A DNA stretch of 64,000 bases. Source: Rhodosorus marinus CCMP1338 (Eukaryota > Plantae > Rhodophyta). The position numbers were made by a program, and so were the translations under genes. Where the stretch lies: assembly GCA_029953675.1 (NCBI GenBank), contig JAMWBK010000007.1, positions 1 to 64,000 on the forward strand, in the 5' to 3' direction. Under the pieces are notes generated by a model. It made no database searches and was not told the DNA's origin. It saw nothing but the letters and a program-made list of their open reading frames with translations. How positions within the stretch are numbered: the first letter of the stretch is position 1; each line of letters begins with the position of its first letter. This document shows, in pieces, positions 8,596-19,138 of this stretch.

Positions 8596-9023
8596 CACCT
8601 GTGACGACAGCCGCCGTACCACATACGTTGATCTTGCTGTTCCTAACCCTCAAGCTAGTCGTTATCTCCCGGCTGCGGGGGAGCGCCGTGGATCTGCCGC
8701 CGCCAGCATGAGACGCCGCAAAGAGATCAAATACGCGGGGGCTTTGTCTTCCCCTGGTGTTCGTGCTTCGGCACTAGCACATCGCTTGGTACCCCTGATC
8801 ATTGAGTGCTTTGGGTTCATGGACTCTGTTGGTTCTCGCTGGCTTCGGGAGTTGTTCCGCGAACGCCCTGACCGTCTTCAATCGTTGTTTACCCGTTTAA
8901 GTTTCCTGCTGTGGCGCATGAATGCCGCTTTGATGTTGGAGGCGCGAGTACTTCGCCGCGCTTAGTCTTTTTTTCCCCTCGGGGTTTTTTTTTCAGCCTC
9001 CGATTAAACCATTCGTTCGTTCG
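8596..9023 (+). mobile_element. Family B 5'-truncated copy
   Basis: Ends LEARVLRRA* then the T7-CCCCTCGGGG-T9-CAGCCTCCGATTAAACCA(TTCG)n tail shared by all B copies. Confidence 0.9.
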
Positions 9024-9185
9024 ACTAGGGAGATGTCGTCGTGTACCGCGGCGAGGGTAAGTGTTGGAAACCTTGGCCGCAGACCACGCAGGAATGGGGC
9101 TAGAGCAAGGGCATGTAGCACTGGCCCTAAAGGGTCTCCTTGTTGGGCTCCAGTGCGTGCCTCCAGACTAACGGAAGCGGACAAG
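9024..9185 (-). mobile_element. Family D-like RT fragment
   Basis: LEARTGAQQGDPLGPVLHALALAPFLRGL...AAVHDDIS. Confidence 0.8.
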
Positions 9186-9609
9186 CACCTCAGGCCAACA
9201 TGAATATTCAGAATAACTGGAGCCGTCACTGTCAATCCTAATAGGGTGACAAGAAACACGGCACTCAACCTCATCATGATCAATCCGCTGTCTCTGTTCG
9301 AAACAGATGACTCCTGCCGCCGGTCTGCAAAACCTTTTACTTTCCTTCAAAATTCAAGTTTCAGCGCTCGTCAGAGCTTCCGCTTATACCAATAAAGGAC
9401 TTGCAAAGAACGCCCAGGTCATCTGGATCAGATCCCAGCTCCACGCAAAGACCGCGGACTTTGTGCGCGTGCATTTCGGCAGGATGAAAATGTCCAATGG
9501 AATGTTGGTGTAGAGACAGCAAAACCTTCATTGCCCAATTTTTATGTCCTGATTAGCATCGCCCCTCCAAGAGGCACAAAGATTGCGCGCGTGGACATGC
9601 GTCAGCCTC

Positions 9610-10160
9610 CAAGTATCTTCATCATCGCATGGTTGCCTCAGGTTCCCTGGAAAACTTTCACGGGCTTCAGAGTCTCTTCGCATGAACATGGAACATGTGA
9701 ATGGAAGGAATGTAATTTGTACCGCTTGGTAACAAAACAGCTAGAACATGAAAAACATCACCCAAAAATAGAATTCATGTTTCCACCCACACCACCACTA
9801 TGCCAATCGGTCCAATTAACATTGTGAAACTGGCTAAGGAGGGTTTTTAAACAAGTTTTTGAGAGTTTGTTGAAAGACTTTTGCAAGTATCTTTCATCAT
9901 CGTATGGTTGCCTCAGGTTCCGCGGAAAACTTTCACGGGCTTCAGAGTCTCTTCGCATGGACATGGAACATATGAATGAAAAAATGTGAATTTGCAGCGT
10001 TTGTTAGAAAAAATATCACCCAAAAATAGAGTTCATGCTTCCGCCCACACCTCCACCAGAAAAAATATCACCCAAAAATAGAGTTCATGTTTCCGCCCAC
10101 ACCACCTTTCCCAATCCATCCAATTAACATTGTGAAACTGACTAAGGGGGGTTTTTGAAA
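9610..10160. repeat. Local imperfect tandem duplication (~270 nt unit)
   Basis: CAAGTATCTT...GGTTGCCTCAGGTTCC...AACATTGTGAAACTG occurs twice (~9610-9850 and ~9884-10160). Confidence 0.8.
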
Positions 10161-10364
10161 AAAGTTTTTATGAGTTTATTTAAACGCTCTTGACTTGTTT
10201 CATTTATCATGTTTAAAATGCGTATTTATTTCCCGGCGATGGCTTGAGCACCGATTAAACCATTCGTTCGAGCACAAGGAAAAATGGTTTAATGGGTACC
10301 AATGGGCAACCAGTGAGTTTCTCCGAGCGGAAGCTGCAGTTCTGTGAATCTCCTGCACAAGTAC

Positions 10365-10580
10365 AATGAGCACCCTACTGAGTACTTGGCGCTTTTACGG
10401 CGTTTGAGTGCCGCCCTGTGGTGATATTCTAGCAACATGCTTGCCAAGGCGCGCCATCGGCGCCTGGGTTTGCATGCTTCCCTCCCTAGCTCTTAGTTCC
10501 TTTTCACACCTTGCGTAGCGCTTCAGGCTATGCTAGAAAAAAAAAAAAAAAAAAAGCTAGTAAAATCCAGTAAAGCCCAT
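10365..10580 (+). mobile_element. Family C 3' end, diverged
   Basis: GAGCACCCTACTGAGTAC...CCTTGCGTAGCGCTTCAGGCTATGCTAG, then an A-run and AGTAAA repeats. Confidence 0.82.
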
Positions 10581-10774
10581 TTGAACGAATCCTCGGTTTG
10601 AAGTGAACCTTTCGTGGTGGTACAACTTCTGGTCTCGAAGAGTATTTTCCTGGAGTCGAGCCTCGTGCTAGTATGTCTGGGAAAGGGGGTAACTCCAATC
10701 GGCTAGTGGCGATTTTTCTTCTTCTCTTGCAAGCCTCCACTCGGGACGGCTGATTCCTAGTAAAACCCGGAAAG

Positions 10775-12100
10775 ATAATCATGTTCGGACAATGTTCCCT
10801 ATAGAAAGTAGTCTTCTACCCCGCGCTGGGGTCTCCTTAGCCCAGTCCCTCCTGTTTTCCTTGCCTATCTCTAGCGCTACATTCGGTAGTTGGGGAACAA
10901 GTTGGAGTAAACGGAAAACTGTAAACCCGCAGTCGAAAGATCGTTCAACTCCTCAGGTTTGTTGTGTTTTGCATGTTCGCCATTGCCTTTTTTTTTTTTT
11001 TTTACCTGGTTAAGTGGTGAAGTCTGGGAGTTTTCAGTGGTCGACACCCGGGTGGGACAGCGGGGGAGGGCACCTTGGGCATGTCTAATCGCCACCCTCT
11101 TCCCGTTTTCTTCCCGTCCCCAGTCAGCAAATTCTCGTCTAGTCTCCTGTACTGTATCACAAGCTTCGAATACCGGCGAGAACTTCTTCGCCGGTCAGAT
11201 TCCATAGCCATTACACACTCATCCAACCTGATTCACTTTTTCTTCTTCTCTTGGAAGCCTCAACTCGGGATGACTGATTCCTAGTAAAGCCCGGAAAGAT
11301 AATCATGTTCGGACAAGGACCCTATAGAAAGTAGACTCCTAGTTTTCAGCGGTCGACACCCGGGTGGGATAGCGGGGGAGGGGTGTCAGGACCTTGGGCA
11401 TGTCTAATCGCCACCCTCTTCCCGTTTTCTTCCCGTCCCCAGTCAGCAAATTCTCGTCTAGTCTCCTGTACTGTATCACAAGCTTCGAATACCGGCGAGA
11501 ACTTCTTCGCCGGTCAGATTCCATAGCCATTACACATTCATCCAACCTGATTCACTTTTTCTTCTTCTCTTGGAAGCCTCAACTCGGGATGACTGATTCC
11601 TAGTAAAGCCCGGAAAGATAATCATGTTCGGACAAGGACCCTATAGAAAGTAGACTCCTACCCCGCCACGTTCTTTCACTTCCAAAATAAGATTCGTATC
11701 CGGTGCAATGTTGTAGTGAGCGACTAATGTAACCCCGCGCTGGGGTCTCCTTAGCTCAGTCCCTCCTGTTTTCCTTGCCTATCTCTAGCGCTACATTCGG
11801 TATTTGGGGAACAAGTTGGAGGAAACGGAAAACTGTAAACCCGCAGTCCAAAGATCGTTGCAACTCCTCAGGCGTTGTGTTTTGCATGCTCACCATTGCC
11901 TTTTTTTTTTTTTTTTTACCTGGTTAAGTGGAAAAGTCTGGGAGTTTTCAGCGGTCGACACCCGGGTGGGATAGCGGGGGAGGGGTGTCAGGACCTTGGA
12001 CATGTCTAATCGCCACCCTCTTCCCGTTTTCTTCCCGTCCCCAGTAAGCAAATTATCGTCTAGTCTCCCGTACTGTATCACCAGGTTCGAGCTTCGCCTC
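10775..12100 (+). repeat. Cluster of family E 3' ends interleaved with a ~300-nt unit repeated three times
   Basis: GATAATCATGTTCGGAC...CTATAGAAAGTAG at ~10775, 11298, 11617; GTCGACACCCGGGTGGGA...CCGGCGAGAAC unit at ~11040, 11350 and, partially, 11955. Confidence 0.75.
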
Positions 12101-12625
12101 CTCTTCACGTCATCAACAATGTTCGACAATGTTCCATGGGGAATCGGGAAATCTGATTCAACCACCTCTGCTATGAGCCGATCGACGACATTACTACGTC
12201 TCATGCACCTGCTCTCGCCGAGGAGCTGAGCATGAAAGCTGCCTTGATGTTGGAGGCGCGCGATCTTCGCCGCTAGTTTGGGGTTACGTTAGTCTGGACT
12301 ACTGCAAACCGAAGATCTGTTTACAGTCCTCAGCGATTCTGCTATTCATTTTTGTAGAGACTATAGGATATTGTGTCCAATGCGAACAACTGGGAGAGGA
12401 CAGATTGCGTTCGACCTGGAATGTTAATGGCCTCCGTTCTTTACCGACACTGGGCATATAAGTAAACAAGCACCTCCGTCGGTCAAGACATTGTGACAAC
12501 ATCAGACACAAACCTGCATGAAGAAAGCTAGAGAAAGCAAAGGCATGAAGAAAGCTAGTAAAATCCAGAGAAAGCAAAGAAGGTAAAGGAGCTGGAGGAA
12601 AACCCAGTTCTAGTAGCGCAGGAAC

Positions 12626-15310
12626 TTGGAAACAATGACTTGGAAAAGAGTTCTGCTGTGGTCGGTTTTGGTATTATGGCTGTCTATTATCTCGGATGCC
12701 GTACCCTGCAGCCAGCCTAAGAGCTCGGTGCTTCCGGAGCATCTCAACACCGTGAGCAGACAGGCGGAATGTGATGGCGTCGGACCGCTGCCGGATTCCG
12801 TGCAACTGGAGAACATCCCAGGGTTCGACTCTAACTGTGTGAAGCTCGGAGACATTTTGACGCTTCCTGCCACTATATCTGAGTATGCCCTGTCTGCTTC
12901 TGGGGACCAGGATTCCAGCGCGATGGAGATTGTGAATGACATCATCGCTCCCGTCCAGGTAGCGATAGAGGTGGCTCTACAGTCACTTACGAATAGGGCG
13001 AATAATAACATCTGCTTTGGCAACTTTGCTGGAGGTGACCTCAAAGCAGAGGCAGACATCGATCAGGATCCTATGATGTACAACAAGTGCAAGGAGCTGC
13101 CGGTTATGTCGTCAGTAGAGTGGTCTGTATTCGCGTTCGCGATCACGACACCGTTCCCTGGATGCGTTACGGAGAAGAGTTCGACAGCAGCGTTCTGCGC
13201 AGCTGTTAGCATATGTCCGGACACCGGAATTCCCTCTGCAACACTCGCCATCAACGGGGCCGCTCTCGAGTGCCTCGGGCAGGACATGTCCGTTTTTAGC
13301 GGAGGAATCACCGCCGGGCTTTCCAAGGTCGCATCTTACGGTCTCGACTTCGTCACCTTTGGATTCTCATTGAGCAACTCGCTGGTCACGAAGGTCTACC
13401 TATACACCGGCCAGGATGACAGAGACTACAAGCTCATCGACTACGAAGTCCACGGCGTCTACCAGGACACCGTCAAGCTGAAGCTCAAGCTGGAGAAGTG
13501 GAACCTGCCCAAGGTGCTCGACCTTTCTGGATCACAGAAGCGAATCGTCTCAGTGAAGGGGTTGGAAAATGTTGAGTTTGAGGACACCGTCAAGGCCTTC
13601 GAGCCCGGCACCGACTCCGACGGCTGGGACACAGACATGCTCGACCTGCTCGAGTCGATCACAGACGTGACGCTCCAGGCGGCTCTGAGCATACAGCTCA
13701 AGATGAAGTTCAAGTTCTCTGCCATCCCGGGGCTGGGAAAGATTCTTCCGGATTCCAACTCGATGACTCTCGGAGACGTGGATATGTTCTTCACCACCGG
13801 AACAGTGACCCCGCCAGGAGACGACTACAAGGATATGGTCCTCAAACCCGGAGTCTACGCCTTTGCTGGAAGCAATGCTGTTGCCTCCGTTCTTGTGGGA
13901 ATTCTGGAGTATGCGCTTCAATTCGTGGGAAGCATCCTGGACCTGTTCGATTGGCTTCCATTCAAGATCGACGCCTCAGACCTGATCCCGAACTTCGACG
14001 TCGGAGCATCGGACAGCTTCGCCTTTGGATTTACGGCGAACACCGACTGTACTGCAATCATGCTCAACGTTCCGTTAATATTCGACTTTCTGGGCTATGT
14101 CACCCTTGAATGCAAGACCGACTACTCGTCGTTCAGGTGCTCGGTTACCACTGAGTTCAACAGCAAGTTCTTCGAAGCCATCGGCGAGGCGATCGAGGAG
14201 GGAGTCCTGTGGATCATCAATGAGACCGATGAGTTCTTCAATAACATTGGAAACACGATCGGAGCTGCCTTCGAGGACGCCGTTGAGGGTGCCGTCAGTG
14301 CCTTCTCCGAGGATAACCTGAAGGCTACCGCGAAGCTGATCTCAAAGGGGGCGCTCAGTATTGCAAACGATATCAAGGACGAGCTCGAGGGCTGGGGCAA
14401 GTGGTGCGAAACCGCATTTGACGATTTTGGTGATGCAGTTGCTGATCTTGCAGCCGGCGCTGTCAACGATATCTGCAGTGTTGGAAAGTCTCTCGTGGAT
14501 GAGGCCGAGGAGGCCCTCAACGATCTTTCAGATGCGCTCGAGGATGCAGCGGAGTATGTCGGAAATTTGTTTAGCTGCTCTCAAGGGAGTATCATCCAAG
14601 CCATCGCGGGATGCTCTGATTGCTGTGAGGGGATGGAAGCGGCCGTCAAGGTCCTGGAGGAGGTTGGAAACGACATCGAGGATGCCATCGTAGACATTAT
14701 GGATGGGCTCACCAGCGTCATGGACGATTTCGCAAACGGGGGCTTCGACGAATCTCAAAGCTACGAAAAAACCACAATAGACGAAAAAGATACGTACGGC
14801 TGCAACAAGGTGAAGGTCGAGAAGGTAACAAAGGAGTACTTCTGGTTTGTCGAAGTCAGCGAGAGTAGAAAAACAGTCGCAATAATTTCGGACGAGGATT
14901 GTGTCACCGCCGCGCTTGAACAAGCCAAAATCGTTGTCGAAAAGTACAACTCTACCGCCATCGCCCAAGATGCATTCCAGACAATCTCCGATGAAAACAA
15001 GGACGCTGTGTTCGGCGCTTCGATCACAGCAGACGATCTCTTGGAATTTGCCGACCTCAGTTGCTCTAGTGAACTAGAACGAGATCAGGTGGAGTCCGGA
15101 ACCCAGATCATGCCAGTTACCGTCACCTGCAGCGCCAATTCTATTGGCTCGGATGGATCCTTCACGGGAGACGTTGTCACGATCTCTCAAACCGGGAACG
15201 TCGATATGTCAAACGCGACGAGCAGGGGAGAAGCCGTTTCCCAGCTTTGGGATGATGTCAAGGCCCAGCTTGCGGAGGAGATCACCCCGACCGTGGCTCG
15301 CACACGGTAA
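12626..15310 (+). CDS. Secreted acidic protein of unknown function, 894 aa
   Basis: Long intronless ORF; signal peptide (KRVLLWSVLVLWLSIISDA); Cys-rich N-terminal region; amphipathic D/E/A-rich helical C-terminal half. Confidence 0.85.
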   Translation: METMTWKRVLLWSVLVLWLSIISDAVPCSQPKSSVLPEHLNTVSRQAECDGVGPLPDSVQLENIPGFDSNCVKLGDILTLPATISEYALSASGDQDSSAMEIVNDIIAPVQVAIEVALQSLTNRANNNICFGNFAGGDLKAEADIDQDPMMYNKCKELPVMSSVEWSVFAFAITTPFPGCVTEKSSTAAFCAAVSICPDTGIPSATLAINGAALECLGQDMSVFSGGITAGLSKVASYGLDFVTFGFSLSNSLVTKVYLYTGQDDRDYKLIDYEVHGVYQDTVKLKLKLEKWNLPKVLDLSGSQKRIVSVKGLENVEFEDTVKAFEPGTDSDGWDTDMLDLLESITDVTLQAALSIQLKMKFKFSAIPGLGKILPDSNSMTLGDVDMFFTTGTVTPPGDDYKDMVLKPGVYAFAGSNAVASVLVGILEYALQFVGSILDLFDWLPFKIDASDLIPNFDVGASDSFAFGFTANTDCTAIMLNVPLIFDFLGYVTLECKTDYSSFRCSVTTEFNSKFFEAIGEAIEEGVLWIINETDEFFNNIGNTIGAAFEDAVEGAVSAFSEDNLKATAKLISKGALSIANDIKDELEGWGKWCETAFDDFGDAVADLAAGAVNDICSVGKSLVDEAEEALNDLSDALEDAAEYVGNLFSCSQGSIIQAIAGCSDCCEGMEAAVKVLEEVGNDIEDAIVDIMDGLTSVMDDFANGGFDESQSYEKTTIDEKDTYGCNKVKVEKVTKEYFWFVEVSESRKTVAIISDEDCVTAALEQAKIVVEKYNSTAIAQDAFQTISDENKDAVFGASITADDLLEFADLSCSSELERDQVESGTQIMPVTVTCSANSIGSDGSFTGDVVTISQTGNVDMSNATSRGEAVSQLWDDVKAQLAEEITPTVARTR

Positions 15311-15634
15311 ACCATTTAAGAACAATTAGTGAACTCACTTGTCTCAACCTAAAGCGACTACACGTACAAGGTGGTTTTTACCCATTTCAGTTTGTAAAAC
15401 CAACTTCGTGGATTCATGAACTACAACATTACTGTTTAGTCGATTGAGTTTCTTGCTGTGGCGTATGCACGCTGCGTTGTTATTGGAGACCCGCGACCTT
15501 CGCGGTGCTTAGTCCTTCTTCCCCTCCGGGTTTTTTTCTTTTAGCCTCCGATTAAAGTATTCATTCATTTACCATTCGTTCATTTACAAGGTTAACGCCT
15601 CTTTCGACAAAGGAATTAAACAGACAAACCACTC

Positions 15635-16110
15635 CACCAACTTGTTCCGTTTATTCCAATTTGTTACCTTTTATTCCAACTTGTTCCGTTTATTCCAACT
15701 ACAGAATGTAGCGCTAGAGAGATACTAGAGGAAGACGGGGGGGCTATGCTCAGGAGACCCCAGGGCGGTACTACCGAATGTAGCGCTAGAGAATACGCTA
15801 CGAAAGCAGGATGCGCTAGGCTACGGGGACCCCAGAGCGGGGTAGAAGACTACATTCAATAGGGAACATTGTCCGAACATGATCATCTTCGCGCATTGCA
15901 TGGATCGCTACGCGAGCCGTACCACGCCATAGTTCTCGATTAAGGTCCACACGCAGGAGGGCTTGCGCGTCTGTTTTGTGTTCAAGATGTACATCAGTTT
16001 CTTTGATGAAATCTTGGGCGGCTTGACCAAGTCGTCCAAACCCTTCGACTGCAAAAGGTACAGATTGGAAGTCGTTGTGGTCATCGATGACATCACGATA
16101 CTTGGATCGT
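15635..16110 (-). mobile_element. Family E 3' fragment (RLE end + 3' UTR + 19-nt tandem tail)
   Basis: Minus strand FAVEGFGRLGQAAQDFIKE...DLNRELWRG...DDHVRTMFP; tail (AGTTGGAATAAACGGAACA)n. Confidence 0.8.
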
Positions 16111-16394
16111 TTTCCGGCCTCAGCGTTGGCGGCAGCATACCCGATATGACTTGGAGCTCGAGCGACTTTGTGGACTCGTAAGGAGGGGGTGCTGGAATTG
16201 CTCGACGAAACTTCGGCTGCTACCGCATCCCGTACCCTCGCACGCTGATATATTCTTCTCTATTAATTTGTTCCATATATTTGTGGACGTCTCATCCTTC
16301 CAGCAAGCAAAGCCTTCCAGCAAGCAAAGCCTTCAAGCATAGCCTACGTTCAGGGCGAGGGGGTCGACTGGGGTATCTGGCGAACGCGGTTGCG

Positions 16395-17445
16395 GAGTTG
16401 GCTTCGGGAGCTGTTATGGGGACGAGCTGAAGCGATTGAGGATTCTCCCCTCGACCGAGTTCTTGCCGATGACGGAGAGGCTAGCCCCGGGTCACCTGTT
16501 GCAGACTACCCGGGTTTGAGCCGATTGTGGAGCTCCCGCACTGATGTGATTCAGCATAGCCTCACCTGGGGCCAACACAGTGCCGCTCACATAGTCATGC
16601 TCAATTCTCCTCTCACTCCGCCTACCACTGCCGCTCGTCTCCGCGGCATGGTTGGCCACCTCTCGCACTTGTAGTTAACCACTCTACCGTCGTCATTGAG
16701 TCATCGTCTCGATGCTTTCCAGTTCCGTTCTGCCGCACGGATCTATCTCGGTTTGCCACAGGCTCCGTGGCACTCTAATCGGCCGTCTTTCTGTCAGGGA
16801 TGTGAGAGCCGGATTGACGCTTGTGGCTACCACTTCCTAGGTTCCTGCGGACTGTTGAGAGGTCTCCGTAGGAGGCGTCACACTTGCCTTAAGTACATCC
16901 TCAGCGAATTTTTGACTCGGATAGGGCATACGGTTGAGGTTGAGTCGGAACTGCCCAGATCAATCTCGGACTCTGCACCGCCCCGTTGTATAGCCGATCT
17001 CCTCGTCTCCGACGCTGCTGCCAGACACTCAACATATGTGGACCTTGCGATTACCTGCCCCGTGGCCAGCGCCCACCTCACCGCAGCCGCCCGCCGCCGG
17101 GGGGCCGCGGCTTCAGCCCTTCGAAGAGTTAAGGAACGACGGTATGCTGAGAGCATGGCCAGTCTGCCTTGCGCTGAGGGTCGCTCTCACCGGTTCCAGC
17201 CATTCATTGTGGAAAGCTTTGGTCACGTGGATAAGTCGGGTTTAGAGTGGTTGCGGAAATGTTTTGCTGAGCATCCTACTGAATATTTGGCGCTCTTGAG
17301 GCGTTTAAGTGTCTCCCTTTGGCGATATTCCAGCGACATGCTTTCCGAGGCGCGCCATCGGCGCCTGGGGTTGCATGCTTCCCTCCCTAGTTATTAGTTC
17401 ATCTTCACGCCTTGCGTAGCGCTTCAGGCTATGCTAGTAAAGTCT
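16395..17445 (+). mobile_element. Family C 5'-truncated copy with in-frame stop
   Basis: Nearly identical to the 3' kilobase of 57200-62050 (CQGC...HFLGSC, RLE, LHASLPSY*). Confidence 0.9.
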
Positions 17446-17819
17446 AGACTTCAATGGTGGTTTACGTGCTTTAAGTTTCTTTGTGTGGCTAATGACTGCT
17501 GCTTTGTTGGTTCTAGCGGGCGATCTTGGCCTTGTATAGAATTTTCCACCTTTTGGGATTTTTTTTCTCGATCTCCGATTATAGCTGTCATCGCCTCAGT
17601 ACATCTCCATAACAGCTCTCTCCAGGACCGAAACCTGGATCGATTCTTGTCCGGCATAGCGTCGCGTCTACTGAACACCTGTTGCGGACCATTCAATCAT
17701 GATGCAGGCCATCGGAATCCCAAAAGCACGGGCGAGCGAACGTTTTATCTTTCGTCATATTCCCTTGGACTGCAGATGAGTACACTTGTTTTTCTTTGAC
17801 CGTTTTACTCGTCTAAGCC

Positions 17820-18200
17820 AAAGACTTACAAAGCCCGATGCGCTACGCAATACGTAAACTAAGGACTAGGGGGGGGGAGCATAAAAGCCCAGGCGGTGGT
17901 GGCGCGCTCCGGCGAGAATGTTGCTAGAGTGAACGAATGAATTGTTTAATCGGAGACTAAACGAAAAAACCCCGAGGGAAAGAAAAAGACTAAGCGCCGC
18001 GAAGGTCGCGCGCCTTCAAACCCGCAGGATTCGATGAGTACTGCCATAGAGCGACACGTGGACGGCGATTCAGCACAGGATATTCTTCAGCATGTTTAGC
18101 AAATAAGTGCCATGCCACAGAACGCCAAGCTTGAATTTTTTTTTTCCAGATTTCCAGATGGCAACAGCTTTCCACAATGAAAGGCTGGAACTGTAGAAAT
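17820..18200 (-). mobile_element. Degenerate RLE 3' ends (C-type end, plus a copy with C-like coding end and B-like 3' UTR)
   Basis: FQPFIVESCCHLE...ARDLRGA* followed by a B-type UTR; similar remnant at 15485-15560 on +. Confidence 0.6.
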
Positions 18201-18374
18201 GGGTGGAGTACACTGGGGTTACACTTGTCATGGAAACTACCGTACGCCTTCATGGCGCTTTAGTCGCGTCACAATAGCTAAATCTACCCCTGAGAAAAGA
18301 AGAAGAAGAAAGGCACTCGCGTAGTGGTACAGTATCCGATAGATATTCGTTCATCGCGTTGGTACACTTCTGGC

Positions 18375-18483
18375 GCATGAATGCCGCTTTGATGTTGAAA
18401 GCGCGAGTACTTCGCCGCGCTTAGTCTTTTTTTCCCCTCGGGGTTTTTTTTTTTTTTCAGCCTCCGATTAAACCATTCGTTCG
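18375..18483 (+). mobile_element. Family B 3' tip
   Basis: TGGCGCATGAATGCCGC...ATTAAACCATTCGTTCG. Confidence 0.88.
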
Positions 18484-19138
18484 TCTGATCCTTGAGTTCT
18501 CTGGGATTATGGACACCGTTGGTTTTCGTTAGCTTCTGGTTGGCCAGCTGGTTTTTTTTCCTTCAGTCTCCCGACCAAACAGAATCTTCCTATTCAATTC
18601 ACGTGGTAGCATCCAGTCAAAATCGCTTCGAAACACCGGTTGATATATTTTTGTTTTTCAGCGGAGATTCAAAGGAGTCAATCAATTAAATTGAAGAGCA
18701 AGAATCGAACAGGTTCATTTGCGAAGATATGACACCACCTGTCTTCTCAGGACAAGGCGCGGTTGGGTGCTGACGAGCATTGGAAACTTGCAGGGAAAGA
18801 TGATTCCTATGATCCAGCGAACCTGTGTCTCGAGGAACACGCGTTTTTGTGGTGATTTAAGGGGGTCTTCGCCGTCGTTTTCATCTTCTTCGTTGAACGT
18901 CTATACACTTTGTACAATCCCTTTGGGCGCTTTTAGCAAAGATGTTAAGATATGCCCATAAAATTGCTGGGGGCCGATTGGCTCGCATATCAGTGGGATT
19001 CGAGGTGGTAGTGGTTGGCGGCAGCCCATATAAAGAGGTTGAGGGGAGTCGCCAATACCTCCGCGGTTGCGAAGATTTCGCAACTTTGAAGTGAGGAAGT
19101 TCGAAGTAACTGGATTGAGGATTGTGGAAACTGGTTCG

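Noticed and set aside
8990-9023. Family B terminus as a tRNA, spliced-leader or snRNA target sequence
   Set aside because: It is constant while the downstream flanks differ in every copy, so it is element sequence; no recognisable RNA fold
8993-9283. Signal peptide-RT fusion gene (96 aa)
   Set aside because: Short RT scrap without a complete domain, cut by a B insertion; most likely a chance junction with a decayed host gene
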